Origin: an uncultured Candidatus Saccharibacteria bacterium
GTDB lineage: Bacteria > Patescibacteriota > Minisyncoccia > UBA6257 > JAKLIH01
Direction: 5' to 3'
NCBI GenBank assembly: GCA_964475745.1
Contig: CAYYXO010000003.1
Coordinates: 1 to 48,722, forward strand
DNA: 48,722 nt
Below the pieces are notes generated by a model that searched no databases, had not been told where the DNA came from, and saw only the letters and a list, made by a program, of their open reading frames with translations. This document shows positions 17,189 through 29,242 of the stretch, piece by piece. The translations under genes and the position numbers were made by a program. The first letter of the stretch is position 1. Every line of letters begins with the position of its first letter.

Positions 17189-18940
17189 ATGAAAAGATTT
17201 TATCGTTCAGATGCTATTGTTGACAAAAGAAGAATTAAAGTGCTACAAATAATCTTTACTATTTTTTTTGTAGCCTTGTTTTTAATATTATTAAACATGC
17301 AAGTTTTAGATAGTTCCTTAGATACCATTGCTTCTTCACAGTCAGAAATAGTAAGAAATACTCCTGTTAGGAGGGGCAACATTTATTTTACAGACAAAAA
17401 CAATAATTTAATACCAGTAGCTATCAATAAAATATACCGAAGTATATATGTGGATCCATTTATTTTAAAAAACGAAGGTAATATGGAAAAAGCTATTTCC
17501 GCTTTATCCAATATTTTAAATATAAACGAAGATGAACTAAGAACAAGGTTTAATCGTGAAAATAGTCGCTATGAAGTTTTATTAAGAAGAACGGAAAATG
17601 ATTTTATTGTAAAACAAATAGAGTTGCTAAACATTAAGGGTGTTTTTATTGAAGAAAGCTTTGATCGCTTTTATCCTTTTAATAATTTAGCTAGCCATGT
17701 TATTGGCTTTATGTCAGAAACAAAAGAAAACCCAAGAAAAATTGGTCAGTATGGGCTTGAAAGATACTATAATGATGTTTTAGAAGGAAAGGAGGGTGTT
17801 TTTGTTGGCTTTAGAGATGGCCTAGGCAGAATTATTCGTTCTTTACGTTCCAGTGAGCAAATGGCTGTTAATGGTTCTTCGCTTATTGCCACGATTGATA
17901 GGAATATTCAATATCAAGCAGATTTAGAGGTGCAAAATTTAGTTGATACAAGAATAGCAAAGTCAGCTTCAGTTATTATTATGGACCCAAAAACAGGAAA
18001 AATTTTAGCGCTCTCTAACTATCCTAATTATGATTTAAATAATTTTTCTAGAGTAAGTGATTCTTCTATTTACAAAAACATAGTTATTGAAGAAGCCATT
18101 GAGCTCGGCTCTGTCATGAAAGTTATTACTATGGCTGCAGGACTTGATACAAATGCCATTACTCCAGAGACAACTTATTATGACAAGGGCTATGTTACCT
18201 TAAACAATAGAACGGTTAAAAACTTTAGAGATGAGGTCTATAATCGAGTAGACATGACAAAGGTTTTAGAAAAATCAATCAACACAGGTTCTATTTTTAT
18301 AGCAGAAAAAACCGGTCATAATATTTTTTATAATTATCTAAAAAAGTTTAAATTAGATCAAAAAACAGGTATTGATTTAAATAATGAAGGATTCGGTGAT
18401 TTAAGAAATATAGGACATAGACATACTAGAGAGATTGAATTTGCTACTGCTAGCTATGGACATGGAATTACCACTACACCATTATCACTACTTAGAGCTT
18501 ACGCAGCAGTTGCTAATGGCGGCTATTTAGTAACGCCTTATATTGTTGAAGCTCTAAAGTCTCCAGATGGAAGTGTAAGCCCGATAAATAAACAAGACAC
18601 TATTTTTGAAAGGGTTCTTTCTGAAGAAACTTCAAAAACATTAACTGAAATGATGGTAAGTGTAGTTGAAAATGGTTACGGCTCAAGAGCCAAGATTAAT
18701 GGCTATGAAATTGCCGGAAAGACAGGTACCGCCAATGTTGTTTTTGAAGGAGAATATATTGATGATACCATTCAAACATTTGCCGGGTTTTTCCCAGCCA
18801 ATGACCCTCAAATTGCTATGTTAGTTATGCTTGATAGACCAGCCATTGGTGATGCTGCCAGTGCAACAGTTACCCTAGGTTTTAGAAACTTAGCTAGATT
18901 TATAATTAATTATTATAATATACCCTCAACTTCAAATTAA
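17189..18940 (+). CDS. ftsI: Class B penicillin-binding protein (FtsI/PBP2b-like)
   Basis: RGNIYFTD; RFYP; GLE; GSVMK (SxxK), SIN, KTGTA; contains no Trp, hence intact in the code-11 track. Confidence 0.9.
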   Translation: MKRFYRSDAIVDKRRIKVLQIIFTIFFVALFLILLNMQVLDSSLDTIASSQSEIVRNTPVRRGNIYFTDKNNNLIPVAINKIYRSIYVDPFILKNEGNMEKAISALSNILNINEDELRTRFNRENSRYEVLLRRTENDFIVKQIELLNIKGVFIEESFDRFYPFNNLASHVIGFMSETKENPRKIGQYGLERYYNDVLEGKEGVFVGFRDGLGRIIRSLRSSEQMAVNGSSLIATIDRNIQYQADLEVQNLVDTRIAKSASVIIMDPKTGKILALSNYPNYDLNNFSRVSDSSIYKNIVIEEAIELGSVMKVITMAAGLDTNAITPETTYYDKGYVTLNNRTVKNFRDEVYNRVDMTKVLEKSINTGSIFIAEKTGHNIFYNYLKKFKLDQKTGIDLNNEGFGDLRNIGHRHTREIEFATASYGHGITTTPLSLLRAYAAVANGGYLVTPYIVEALKSPDGSVSPINKQDTIFERVLSEETSKTLTEMMVSVVENGYGSRAKINGYEIAGKTGTANVVFEGEYIDDTIQTFAGFFPANDPQIAMLVMLDRPAIGDAASATVTLGFRNLARFIINYYNIPSTSN

Positions 18941-18958
18941 TTTTATTTAAAAATAATT

Positions 18959-20212
18959 ATGAATTATCGAAACATTGCCTCTTTTTTAAGTTCTCAAATA
19001 GCCAAGCTTATCATTATGAAATATAAGCCAAAGGTTGTCGCTATAACTGGAAATGTTGGCAAGTCATCTGCTAAAGAGGCTGTAGAAATAGTTCTATCAA
19101 AAAAATATAAAACTCACAAAAACGAACTAAATTACAACACAGACATCGGAGTTGCTCTAACTATTATTGGCGTTGAGCAAAAGGGTAGCGGGAGTAAAAA
19201 AGAATGATGCCATTATTTATTGACAGGTATAAAAAAAATTTTATTTAAAGATAAAGACTATCCAGAAGTTCTTATTTTAGAATATGGTGCTGATAGAAAA
19301 AATGACATTTATAAGCTATGTAAAATTGCTAAACCAGACATTTCCATAGTAACAAATATTGGCCAAATTCCTGTTCATGTAGAATATTTTAGTGATGCTG
19401 ACGAAGTTTATAAAGAAAAATCAACCATTATTAAAATGTTAAAAGAAAAAGGTCATGCTATTTTAAATTTTGATAACGAAAAAATTTTTGATTTTAGAAA
19501 ACTAACTAAAGCGAAAATTATTTCCTATGGTTTTAATGATGGCGCAGATGTGCACATAAGTAACTATAAAATAGAACCAGCTTTAGATTTGCTTGATAGT
19601 CTTATGTATCTTCGTTTTGAACATAAAAATCATTTTGCTCCTTTTGAAATTAAAAAATTTCTTGGCCGTGGGTTTGCCTATGCTTTTTTGGCAGCTATTT
19701 CGTCTGGCATTGCTCTTGAAATGAATTTAGTTGAATGCCTAGAGGCCCTAGAGGACTATAAAGGACTGCCAGGAAGATTAAATTTATTAGCTGGTATTAA
19801 AAACTCATATGTAATTAATGATAGCTACAACGCCTCGCCCCTTGCTGTTGAAAATGCCTTACTTTTAATGACTGATTTATCAAGCAATAAAAAAGTTTTT
19901 GTTTTTGGTGATATGAAAGAGCTAGGAACTTTTTCTGAAAAAGCTCATCGTTTGGTTGCCAAAAATATTATTGAAACAAAAATAGATAGAGTCGTTCTGA
20001 TTGGTGAAAAAGTAAAATTTACAGCAGAATCATTGGAAAGACAAGGTTTTGATAAAAACAAAATATTTCAATTTAAAGATTCTAATGAGGCCCGTCTAAG
20101 AGTGCAAGATATTATCCTTCCTGGCGATTTGATTTTAGTAAAAGGGTCAAACAGCATGAAGCTCAATATTATTGTAAAAGAAGTTGCTTTTGATCCTTTA
20201 AGTATAGTATAA
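18959..20212 (+). CDS. murF: UDP-MurNAc-tripeptide:D-Ala-D-Ala ligase
   Basis: AITGNVGKS; LILEYG; INDSYNASP; FGDMKELG; LVKGS; TGA 19205. Confidence 0.9.
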
Positions 20213-20253
20213 TTTTTTAATTTACTTTCCAGCAGTATTGTCTCCGCCTTAGC

Positions 20254-20296
20254 AACACCACCCTCCTTTGAACACTCAAGGGAGGGTGGTGTTTTT
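20254..20296 (+). terminator. Strong intrinsic terminator after murF
   Basis: AACACCACCCTCCTTTGA-acac-TCAAGGGAGGGTGGTGTT, 18-bp stem with one G-U, then T run. Confidence 0.8.
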
Positions 20297-20368
20297 GAAA
20301 AAACTATACTTGATAACTTTTCAAAAATTTGCTAACCTAGCAACATATAAAAATATTAAAATATTTCT

Positions 20369-20776
20369 ATGGACTTTAATTTTCTTACCAAAAACTACAC
20401 TCTAACTCCTAGTGAAGAAAAGGTAATTGCCAAAAAGGCAAGAAATATTCAAAATCTTGTCAAAAAATTTAAAGGCAATCATGCTTTAAGGTTAGAAATT
20501 GAAGAATTTGCCAAAGCTGATGATTTGGGAAATAAATATCGTTGCGAAGTTAATTTTACTTTTTATGATAAATCCATCTACATTGACAAAGCCAACATTA
20601 CTTTAAGAAACTCCATTGATGATTGTTTTTCCGAGCTCAAAAATAAAATTGTTAAAGATAATAAAAAACACAAAACAAAAATCAAAAGAGATGCTTTTAA
20701 AAACAAATATGCTTTTCTAAGCAAAATGATTGGTCGCAAAGGTAAGAATTCAAGTCCGTATGATAACATCGAATAA
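20369..20776 (+). CDS. HPF/RaiA family ribosome-associated protein (divergent)
   Basis: KNYTLTPS..; RCEVNF; SIDDCFSELKNKI; position directly before secA. Confidence 0.65.
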   Translation: MDFNFLTKNYTLTPSEEKVIAKKARNIQNLVKKFKGNHALRLEIEEFAKADDLGNKYRCEVNFTFYDKSIYIDKANITLRNSIDDCFSELKNKIVKDNKKHKTKIKRDAFKNKYAFLSKMIGRKGKNSSPYDNIE

Positions 20777-20817
20777 TCAAAATTATTGTTATATTTTAAG
20801 TTTAAACTTTATTTACT

Positions 20818-23394
20818 ATGTCCATATTTAGCAATCTATTTGATCATAATCAAAAATTTGTAAAAAAACATCAATCAACAGTTAAAAAAATTAATGACTT
20901 AGAAGAATCTTTCAAAAACTTGACTGATGAGCAGTTAAAAAACAAATCAGAAGAGTTTAAAAAAATTATTCGTTCTAAAGAAAAACAAACAAAAGATATT
21001 TTAGAAGAAGCATTTGCTTTAGTACGCGAAACTAGCTGGCGTACTTTAGGACAGCGACAGTTTGATGTCCAAATATTGGGAGGAGTAGCTCTTTTTGAAG
21101 GCAAAATTGCTGAAATGAAAACAGGCGAAGGAAAGACATTAACAGCAGTGTCAAACAACTACATTAATGCTCTGGAAGGAAAAGGTGTTCACGTTGTTAC
21201 TGTGAACGACTATTTAGCCAAACGTGACGCCGTTTGAATGGGTCAGATTTATTATGCTTTAGGGCTGTCTATTGGTTGTATTTCTCAAGCAGGCTCATTT
21301 GTTTATGATCCAAGCTATACCAAAGAAATTATAAACAAAGATGCCGGCCATATTGATGCAAAAAGAGATGCCCTGGGAAGCTTTAAGGTTTTTGATGAGT
21401 TTTTAAGACCTTGTGAGCGCAAACAAGCCTATCTATGCGATATAACTTATGGCACTAGCTCTGAGTTTGGTTTTGATTATTTAAGAGATAATTTAGCACC
21501 AAGCATTGAGCATACAGTACAAAGAGGCCATTACTTTGCCACCATTGACGAAATAGACAGTATTTTAATTGATGAAGCTAGAACACCTTTGATTATTTCT
21601 CAGCCAGATACAGAGTCATCTTCTCTTTATAAGCAGTTTGCTTTAATTGCTCCAAGATTAAAAGAAGGAGAAGATTTTAAAATTGATTGAAAATTAAGAG
21701 CTATTTCTATGCTTGAGCCAGGCCTTGATAAAGTTGAGCAGATGCTCGGTTTTAATATCTTTGACAATACTGGCATTACTTTAGTTCACCACTTAGAAGA
21801 AGCTTTAAAAGCAAGCTTTATCTTTAAAAGAGATAAAGACTATATTGTAAAAGATGGTAAAGTTATGATTGTTGATGAATCAACTGGAAGAATTATGCCT
21901 GACAGAAGATGATCTGGTGGATTGCATCAAGCAGTTGAAGCCAAAGAAAATGTTTTGATTCAGCCTGAAAGCAAAACTGTAGCTACAGTTACCATTCAAA
22001 ACTATTTTCGTATGTATAAAAAGATTTCTGGTATGACTGGCACAGCCATGACTTCATCAGAAGAATTTTTGACAGTCTACAAAGTAGAAGTTGTTGCGAT
22101 TCCAACTAACAAGAAAAACATTCGTATTGACAGATCAGACAAAATCTATCGCACAGAAAAAGGCAAATATCAGGCTATTATTGAGGAGATAAAAGAAAGA
22201 AATGAAAAAGGTCAGCCAGTTTTAGTTGGTACTCGTAGTGTTGATATTAATGAAAAAATTTCAAAACTTTTATCCATCGAAGGCATTCAGCACAATATTT
22301 TAAATGCTAAACAGCACGAACGGGAAGGTGAAATTATTGCTCAAGCAGGCAGATTGAGTGCCGTAACTGTTGCCACCAACATGGCTGGTCGTGGTGTTGA
22401 CATTATCTTAGGAGGAAACCCAAGTGATGAAAAGGAAAGAGAAAAAATATTAGAACTTGGCGGTCTTTTTGTTTTAGGCACCGAGAGACATGAGGCTCGA
22501 CGCATTGATAATCAGTTAAGAGGTCGCTCTGCTAGACAAGGAGATCCAGGAGAGACTCAATTTTTTATTTCCCTAGAAGATGAATTAATGATTTTTGCGC
22601 CAAAAACAATAGGTACCATAATGGAAAAGTTTGGTTTTAAAGAAAATGAAGCTATTACTCATCCAATGATTAGTAAATCAATCGAAGCAGCACAAACAAA
22701 AATTGAAGGGATTAATTTTGATATAAGAAAGCACGTCTTAGAGTATGATGATGTTTTAAACAAGCAACGCCAGTCAGTTTATTTAAAAAGGCAAATGTTT
22801 TTAAATGAAAACGAAAATGATAAAATTAGAGAGGCTTGTTTGTCGATTATTTCTGAAAGAGTTGAAAATGATATCAAACATCATTTAACAGATTTAGAAA
22901 GTTTTAAAAAATATATTAAAACCCTAAAACTTGAAATAACCGATGAGTTAATCCAAGATAAATGGAAAAACAAGGACAAGGCTTATTATTTAATTTTTGA
23001 AAAAATTAAAAAAGTTTATTTAGAAAAAGAAACTATGATTGAAAACTTCAATCAAATTTCTAAAAATGTTGCCCTAAGCATTATTGATAATCTCTGAATG
23101 ATTCATCTTGAAAAAATGCAACAACTAAGAGACAGTGTTTCTCTAAAAGCCTATGCCAATGTAGATCCTCTGGTAGTTTATAAAAAAGATTCCTTTATTT
23201 TTTACCAAAACCTACTCAACGATTTACCAAATTATCTACTTGACTTTGTTGTCAATTTTAATCCTAAAGGGTCATCTTTGCCTAAAAAAGAAAACACCAT
23301 TATTATTGGTTCAAAAGAGAAGGTAGGGCGCAATGATCCATGTCCTTGTGGCTCAGGTAAAAAATATAAAAAATGCTGCGGCCAAGACAAATAA
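20818..23394 (+). CDS. secA: Preprotein translocase subunit SecA (858 aa)
   Basis: [10 protein letters not shown]; RDAV[TGA 21235]MG; [15 protein letters not shown]; RR[TGA 21910]SGGLHQA; DNL[TGA 23095]MIHL; [18 protein letters not shown]. Confidence 0.98.
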
Positions 23395-23400
23395 AGTTTA

Positions 23401-23432
23401 AGCCAAATTGCTTTTAGGCAGTTTGGTTTTTA
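23401..23432 (+). terminator. Probable terminator after secA
   Basis: AGCCAAATTGCT-ttta-GGCAGTTTGGTT (G-U rich) then T run. Confidence 0.6.
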
Positions 23433-23466
23433 TTAAAAGATTTTTTAAAAATATAAAATAAAATTG

Positions 23467-24174
23467 ATGAGCTTATTTCAAATTAAAACAGAAAAATTTT
23501 CTGGGCCACTTGATTTGCTTTTAAAGTTAATAGAAGAAAAGCATCTCAGTGTAACAGACATTGCTTTATCAAGCGTCACCAATGAATATCTAGCTTATAT
23601 CAGAGAAATAGAAGCCAATTCGAATGAACTGGCTGATTTTCTCGTAATTGCCTCAACTCTTATTTTAATCAAATCAAAAGCTATTTTGCCTACCCTAGAA
23701 CTTACCAAAGAAGAAACAGAGGAAATATTAGATTTAAAAGAAAGGCTTATTTTATATAAAGTTTTTAAAGAAAAATCCTTATATATTAACAATCTTTTTG
23801 AGCCTAAAAGTAAGCTATTTAGCCATCAACCTTTTATAAATGTTGAAGTTATTTTTTCACCCCCAAGCAATTTAGATGTAGCCATGATTCATGAAAGTCT
23901 TAAAGAAATGTTAGCTTTATATCAAAAAGAAAAAATTATTTTACCAATCAAGAAAATAAAGATATTAGTTAATTTGAAAGATCGCATTCAAAACTTGTTT
24001 GGCATTTTTAAAGACAAAAAAAATTGCCAGTTTAAAGATATCGCTGGTAGCAAGGAAGATAAAATTGGGCTAGTAGTCAATTTTTTAGCTATCTTGCATT
24101 TAGCTAAAGAAGGGCATATTACGCTTAATCAGGAGTCAAATTTCGGAGACATTGGCATTGAATCATCAAATTAA
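23467..24174 (+). CDS. scpA: Segregation and condensation protein A
   Basis: FSGPLDLLLKLI; ADFLVIASTLILIKSKAILP; FLAILHL; QESNFGDI. Confidence 0.93.
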   Translation: MSLFQIKTEKFSGPLDLLLKLIEEKHLSVTDIALSSVTNEYLAYIREIEANSNELADFLVIASTLILIKSKAILPTLELTKEETEEILDLKERLILYKVFKEKSLYINNLFEPKSKLFSHQPFINVEVIFSPPSNLDVAMIHESLKEMLALYQKEKIILPIKKIKILVNLKDRIQNLFGIFKDKKNCQFKDIAGSKEDKIGLVVNFLAILHLAKEGHITLNQESNFGDIGIESSN

Positions 24175-24194
24175 TCAAAAATTAAATTAACAAA

Positions 24195-24830
24195 ATGGAA
24201 CAAGAGGAAATAAGCTTAAAATATATTGTCGAAGGGTTGCTTTTTGCTTCCGGAGAGCCTTTAACTATCAATAAAATTAGTGATATTGTTGGCAAAACAA
24301 CTGACAAAATAGAAGAGGTAGTTGATGAACTAAAAAATAATTATCAAGATGAACAACGCTGTTTTGATATTATTAAAAAAGGCGAAGAAGGCAACGTTTT
24401 GTATCAAATAGTTACTAATAAAAATATTTCTTCCTACATACAAAAGCTTCATAATACTGTTTTAGAAGGCGATTTGACAAAAAGTTCTTTAGAAGTGCTT
24501 TCTATTATTATGTATCGTGGTCCACTTAATCGCTCTGAAATTGACGAAATCAGAGGAGTTAATTCTTCATATATTTTAAGAGCTTTAACTCTAAGAGGGC
24601 TTATCAACCGCCATCAAAATCCAAAAAGAAAAACAGAATATCTCTACGAGCCTTCATTTGATCTTTTAAAGCATCTTGGTATAACCGATATAGCATCTTT
24701 ACCTGAATACGAAGATTTAAACAAGCTTGATTTAAAAGAAATTATTGAAAAAGAAGCATTAGCAAAAGAACAGCAAGAAGAAAGAGATAGCGGTTTGCGA
24801 GAAAGCAACCGTGAAGAACCATTACTTTAG
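24195..24830 (+). CDS. scpB: Segregation and condensation protein B
   Basis: VEGLLFASGEPL; SLEVLSIIMYRGP; EIDEIRGVNS; GITDIASLP. Confidence 0.94.
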   Translation: MEQEEISLKYIVEGLLFASGEPLTINKISDIVGKTTDKIEEVVDELKNNYQDEQRCFDIIKKGEEGNVLYQIVTNKNISSYIQKLHNTVLEGDLTKSSLEVLSIIMYRGPLNRSEIDEIRGVNSSYILRALTLRGLINRHQNPKRKTEYLYEPSFDLLKHLGITDIASLPEYEDLNKLDLKEIIEKEALAKEQQEERDSGLRESNREEPLL

Positions 24831-24887
24831 CACTTGAAAATTTTCATAAAATTAAGTAAAATAATAAAAATAGAAATAATTCACAAA

Positions 24888-25832
24888 ATGAAACACTTTT
24901 TTAAAAAGAATTCCGTTTTTATACTTTTGGCTGTCATTTTAATAATTTTTATTTCAAATTATTATAATAAAGGATTTGTTAAAAAATCAAATGCCAATAT
25001 GACTGAAAATGAATTTTTAGAGCAAGGCCCAGCTACTACTAACACCACTAAAGGTTTTACTCAAACAAAACCAATTTTTAACGAACACTTAGAAAGTAAT
25101 ATTATTTTGATTGGCAATTTGGAAACAGGGCAGATTATTTTTGGTAAAAATATTGATGTAAGAACCTCCATCGCCTCTATCACCAAGTGAATGAGTGCGG
25201 TAGTATTTTTAGAAAATGACGATATTGATTCGGTGGTTGAAATAAGCGAAGAAATTTATAGCATTCTTCCCCACAAAAATGATCTTTTATTACACGAACA
25301 AATTTTAGCAAAAGATCTGCTCAAAATGGCTTTAATTATGTCTTCTAATGATGCTATCGTTGCTTTAGCTAACAACAAAAACTTTGATGGTTTTATCAAA
25401 AATATGAACGAAAAAGCCTTTGATATAGGTATGTATCACACAAAATTTGATAATCCCATTGGTTTTGATAGCGAAGAGAATTATTCAACAGCAACAGATT
25501 TGTTTCATTTATCAAGATATATCTACCAAAGCCATCCTTTGATAGGAGAAATAAGCAAAATAAGATCTTATGGTTTTGTTTCAAATTCAGACATTTATCA
25601 TTTAGTTATACCTACCAATGCCATTCTTGATAAATTAGAAAATTTCTGAGGAGGGAAAACTGGCTTTACTAGTCAAGCTAATGAATCACTGTTATCTATT
25701 TTTGAGATAGAGCATGAAGGCGAAAAACAAGCATTTGTTTCAGTAGTGATTCAATCTCCTGATCGCTTTTTAGACACATTAAAAATAGCTGACTGACTTA
25801 AACAAAATAAATCATTATTAATAAAACCATAA
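24888..25832 (+). CDS. D-alanyl-D-alanine carboxypeptidase (peptidase S11)
   Basis: N-terminal TM; ASITK (SxxK), SSND (SxN), FDNPIG, STATDL, GGKTGFT; 3 TGA; TAA 25830-25832. Confidence 0.9.
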
Positions 25833-25841
25833 AAACATAGA

Positions 25842-26900
25842 ATGAAAGAATTATTAATTGCTCAAATTGTTAGGATTTTTATTTTAGGAGGCATATCAAC
25901 CATCTTGTCTTTTATGATAGCACCTCTTCTGCTTAAGTTTTTAATTAAAAACAAAGTTTACAAGAAAATTAGAGAAGACATTAATGCGCCAATTTTTACT
26001 AGCCTTCATAAGAAAAAGGAGGGCACTCCAACCATGGGAGGTATTATTTTTTGGTTAATAACCTTTGTAATGGCTTTAGGCTTGCTTGTGATGTCTTTGA
26101 TTTTTGGTAATACATGAACTTTTCTTAATTTTGTTTCTCGTGAGCAAACGGTTTTGATTTTAGGTTCAATGGCTATTGCTGCCCTAATTGGTATCATTGA
26201 TGATATCTTTAATATTTATCGCATGGGGCCTAAGGGAGGTGGTTTGCCAATGTCAATTAGATTATTGATGCACACCTTAATTGCTGTTATTGGTGATTGA
26301 TGATTTTATTTTAAATTAGAGTGAGATGTCTTATATGTGCCTTTTGTTGGCAATGTCCATTTAGGTTTTTGGTACATACCATTCTTTATCTTTGTCATTG
26401 TTGGGACTGCCTTTTCTATCAATGAAACAGATGGACTAGACGGTCTAGCCGGTGGTATATCTTTTATGGCTCTAGTACCCTATGTGGCCATTGCTTTTCT
26501 TTTAGGCAGATTTGATTTAGCTGCTCTATTGGCTGTTGTTATGGGAGGTGTTCTGGCCTTTTTATGGTTTAATATCAGCCCAGCAAAATTCTTTATGGGA
26601 GATACTGGCGCGATGACTATTGGTGTTTTGTTTGGTATTTTAGCCATGTATACTAATACAGCTTTATTCTTACCTTTATTTTTATTTGTGCCTTTTATGG
26701 AAGCAAGCACGGTGATTATTCAGATGTTTTCTAAAAAGTTTTTTAAGCGGAAAGTTTTTAAATCAACCCCCATTCATCATACTTTTGAGGCCAATGGTTG
26801 ACCAGAAACAAAAGTTACCATGACTTTTTGATTAATGCAAGGTATGGCGATGATTTTTGGTTTAATGATTTATTTATTAAGTGTTCTAACAACCCACTAA
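25842..26900 (+). CDS. mraY: Phospho-N-acetylmuramoyl-pentapeptide transferase
   Basis: KKEGTPTMGG; IGIIDD; NETDGLDGLA; PAKFFMGDTG; PIHHTFEANG[TGA]PETKV; 6 TGA including a tandem pair. Confidence 0.95.
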
Positions 26901-26909
26901 GAAAAAGCA

Positions 26910-27383
26910 ATGAATTTCGATTTTTTAAAAGTTATTTGAATGGCCATGTTGCCAATTTTTGAGCTACGTCTTGCCTTGCCCATGGCCTATTTTGCTTATG
27001 GTTTTAATATTTATGAAAGTATTTTTTTATCAGTCTTAGGCAATTTAATACCAGTTATTCCCATTCTTTTGCTGCTGAACTATGCTGTAAAAGTTCTTTC
27101 CAAGTGGCTTTATTTTGATAAATTTTTTACTTGGCTTTTTAAGAGAACTGAGGGAAAGTTTAGCAACAAATACAAAAAATGAGGAAAAATTGCTTTAATC
27201 TTCTTCGTGGGCATACCTTTACCACTAACAGGAGCATGAACTGGATCAGCTGCTAGCGTTTTATTTAACATAAAGCCAAAGCAAGCTTTTTTCTTTATTT
27301 TTTTAGGAGTTTTGCTTTCAGCTTCAATCGTTTCTCTTATCTGTGTTTTTTTCGAAAAATTTGCTTTAAAAATATTTCTTTAA
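26910..27383 (+). CDS. Putative small multidrug export family membrane protein (COG2426-like)
   Basis: AMLPIFELRLALP; FVGIPLPLTGA[TGA]TG matches the family PLPxTGAWTG motif. Confidence 0.85.
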
Positions 27384-27385
27384 CA

Positions 27386-27459
27386 GGGCTCTTAGCTCAG
27401 TTGGTTAGAGCGCATCATTCACATTGATGAGGTCAGAGGTTCGAATCCTCTAGAGCCCA
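27386..27459 (+). tRNA. tRNA-Val (anticodon CAC); CCA not encoded
   Basis: Acceptor GGGCTCT/AGAGCCC, D arm GCTC/GAGC, anticodon stem CATCA/TGATG with loop TTCACAT, T arm AGAGG-TTCGAAT-CCTCT, discriminator A. Confidence 0.95.
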
Positions 27460-27490
27460 CAAAATGTTTTTTATAAATTAATTTCTAGAA

Positions 27491-27886
27491 ATGAACAAAA
27501 AACTTTGGAAAATTTTAATAATTATTTTTATTCTTTTGATTTTATTAATTTATGGTGAAAAGGCAGTGTCTTTTGGTAAAAAAATATTTTATAGGCAAAA
27601 AGGCTATGTAATTTGTAATGATACAAAATGTATGAATAATAATTTGCAAATTTGTAACAAAGCTTATTGAAATGATTTCAGGGGATCCCTTTGGATCGAA
27701 AGCTTTGTAAAAGGCTATGAGGAAGCGGACTGCGTTTATATTATTTTGCGCTCAAATAATATCAAAACAGTTTGTCGGTTTTCAGAGGATATCTTTACAA
27801 AAGAACTAGTTGATGAAGTTTTTGGAGTGCATCATGAGCTCGAAGAGGTTATTAGTGAAAATTGTGAGCATATAAACATTAAATAA
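27491..27886 (+). CDS. Membrane-anchored six-Cys hypothetical protein A (131 aa)
   Basis: Open under table 4 (TGA 27668); N-terminal TM; aligns by eye with 29243-29662. Confidence 0.8.
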
Positions 27887-27891
27887 AAAAC

Positions 27892-29217
27892 ATGAGCATC
27901 ATTATTTTTATAAAATTTATTACGGCCTTGCTTTTAGGATCAGTTATTGGGCTTGAAAGAGAAACAACTATTTCTAGCAAAGAAAAAGAAGTATGAACTC
28001 TTGGCGGAGTAAGAACCTTTGCTTTAATCTCATTTTTAGGAGCTATCGCAGGATTTTTATATAATAATGAAATGATTATTTTCTCAGCCATTATTACCGG
28101 TTTTATATTCTTAGCTATTTTGATTTTTTATTTAGTAACCTCCATAAAAGCAAACAACACTGGTTTAACAACTGAAATATCAGCTTTACTCACTTTCATG
28201 ATTGGTTTTTTAATCATAACCAACTTTTTGTCTCCCCAAATTGTTATTGCCATTACGGTTGTTTTAGTTTTAGTTTTATCAAACAAAATGCAAACAAAAA
28301 AGTTTGTTTTGAACCTCGACAGGGCAGAGCTCAACTCCTTTATTAGCTTTGGCATTCTAGCTTTGGTGGTTTTACCTTTTTTACCGGATGTAAGTATTTA
28401 TGTTAGAAATATTGGCAACTTACAAAATTTTTCAGTTATGACAAGGTTTTTAGATATAGAAATTGTAAACCCTTATAGATTATGGCTCATAGTTGTTTTG
28501 GTTTCAGGATTTAACTTGCTCAGTTACTCACTTCGTAAAAAATTTGGCAATAAAAAAGGCCTTTATTTTAGCAGCTTTCTAAGCGGACATATTTCTTCAA
28601 CTATAACAAATCAGGTTTTAACCACAAAAAGCAAAAATGAGCCAAAAAGTATGCAACTTCAATTTGGTATTGCAAATATTTATGGTTTTATGTCCTCCAT
28701 TGTTAACTTGGGCATATTGGTATTTGTTTTAAATTTTGGATTGTTCGTTTATTTATTACCATTGATGTTGGTGCTCATGGGCACCAGCCTAATCTTTGTT
28801 TGGTATTGAGGAAATCTAAATAAGAAAACCATAAAGGATGAAATAGAGATACCAGTAAAAGAAACACCGAAATTATTTTTAAAACCAGCTATTGCTTTTG
28901 CACTTTTAGTAACAGCTATTAAAATTATTACCCAAGTAAGCTTTGTGTTTTTTGGCAATGAAGGATTTGCCATAACTTCTGCTATTAGCTCTTTGGTTGG
29001 TATTAGTGCTGTTATTGTTAATATTGCAGATGTTGCCAGCAAAAACATCACTTTTTATTATGCCGCCTTTGTTGTTCTACTGGTCAATCTAGTTAATTTA
29101 TTTGGTAAATGAATCTACTCTTGCTTAAAAGGTAATAAAGAATTTGCTCGCTTAAATCTAGTTTCATCTTTAGCTATTGTTATTGTTTCCTATATTTTTT
29201 ATTTCATCTTTATGTAA
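27892..29217 (+). CDS. MgtC/SapB family membrane protein with DUF4010-like C-terminal part (441 aa)
   Basis: ALLLGSVIGLERE; GGVRTFALI; GLTTE; LPFLPD; NPYRLWLIVVLVSG; ISST; 3 TGA. Confidence 0.85.
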
Positions 29218-29242
29218 TAATTGTTTTTAATTATAAAATATT

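Noticed and set aside
24827-24862. TTAGCACTT resembling a CIRCE half-site
   Set aside because: No second arm; it overlaps the scpB stop and a likely TTGAAA-17-TAAAAT promoter.
27418-27424. tRNA loop TTCACAT contains TCA, tempting as a UGA-reading tRNA
   Set aside because: In the 7-nt loop closed by CATCA/TGATG the anticodon is CAC, and the A discriminator fits Val. The UGA decoder is not in this window.
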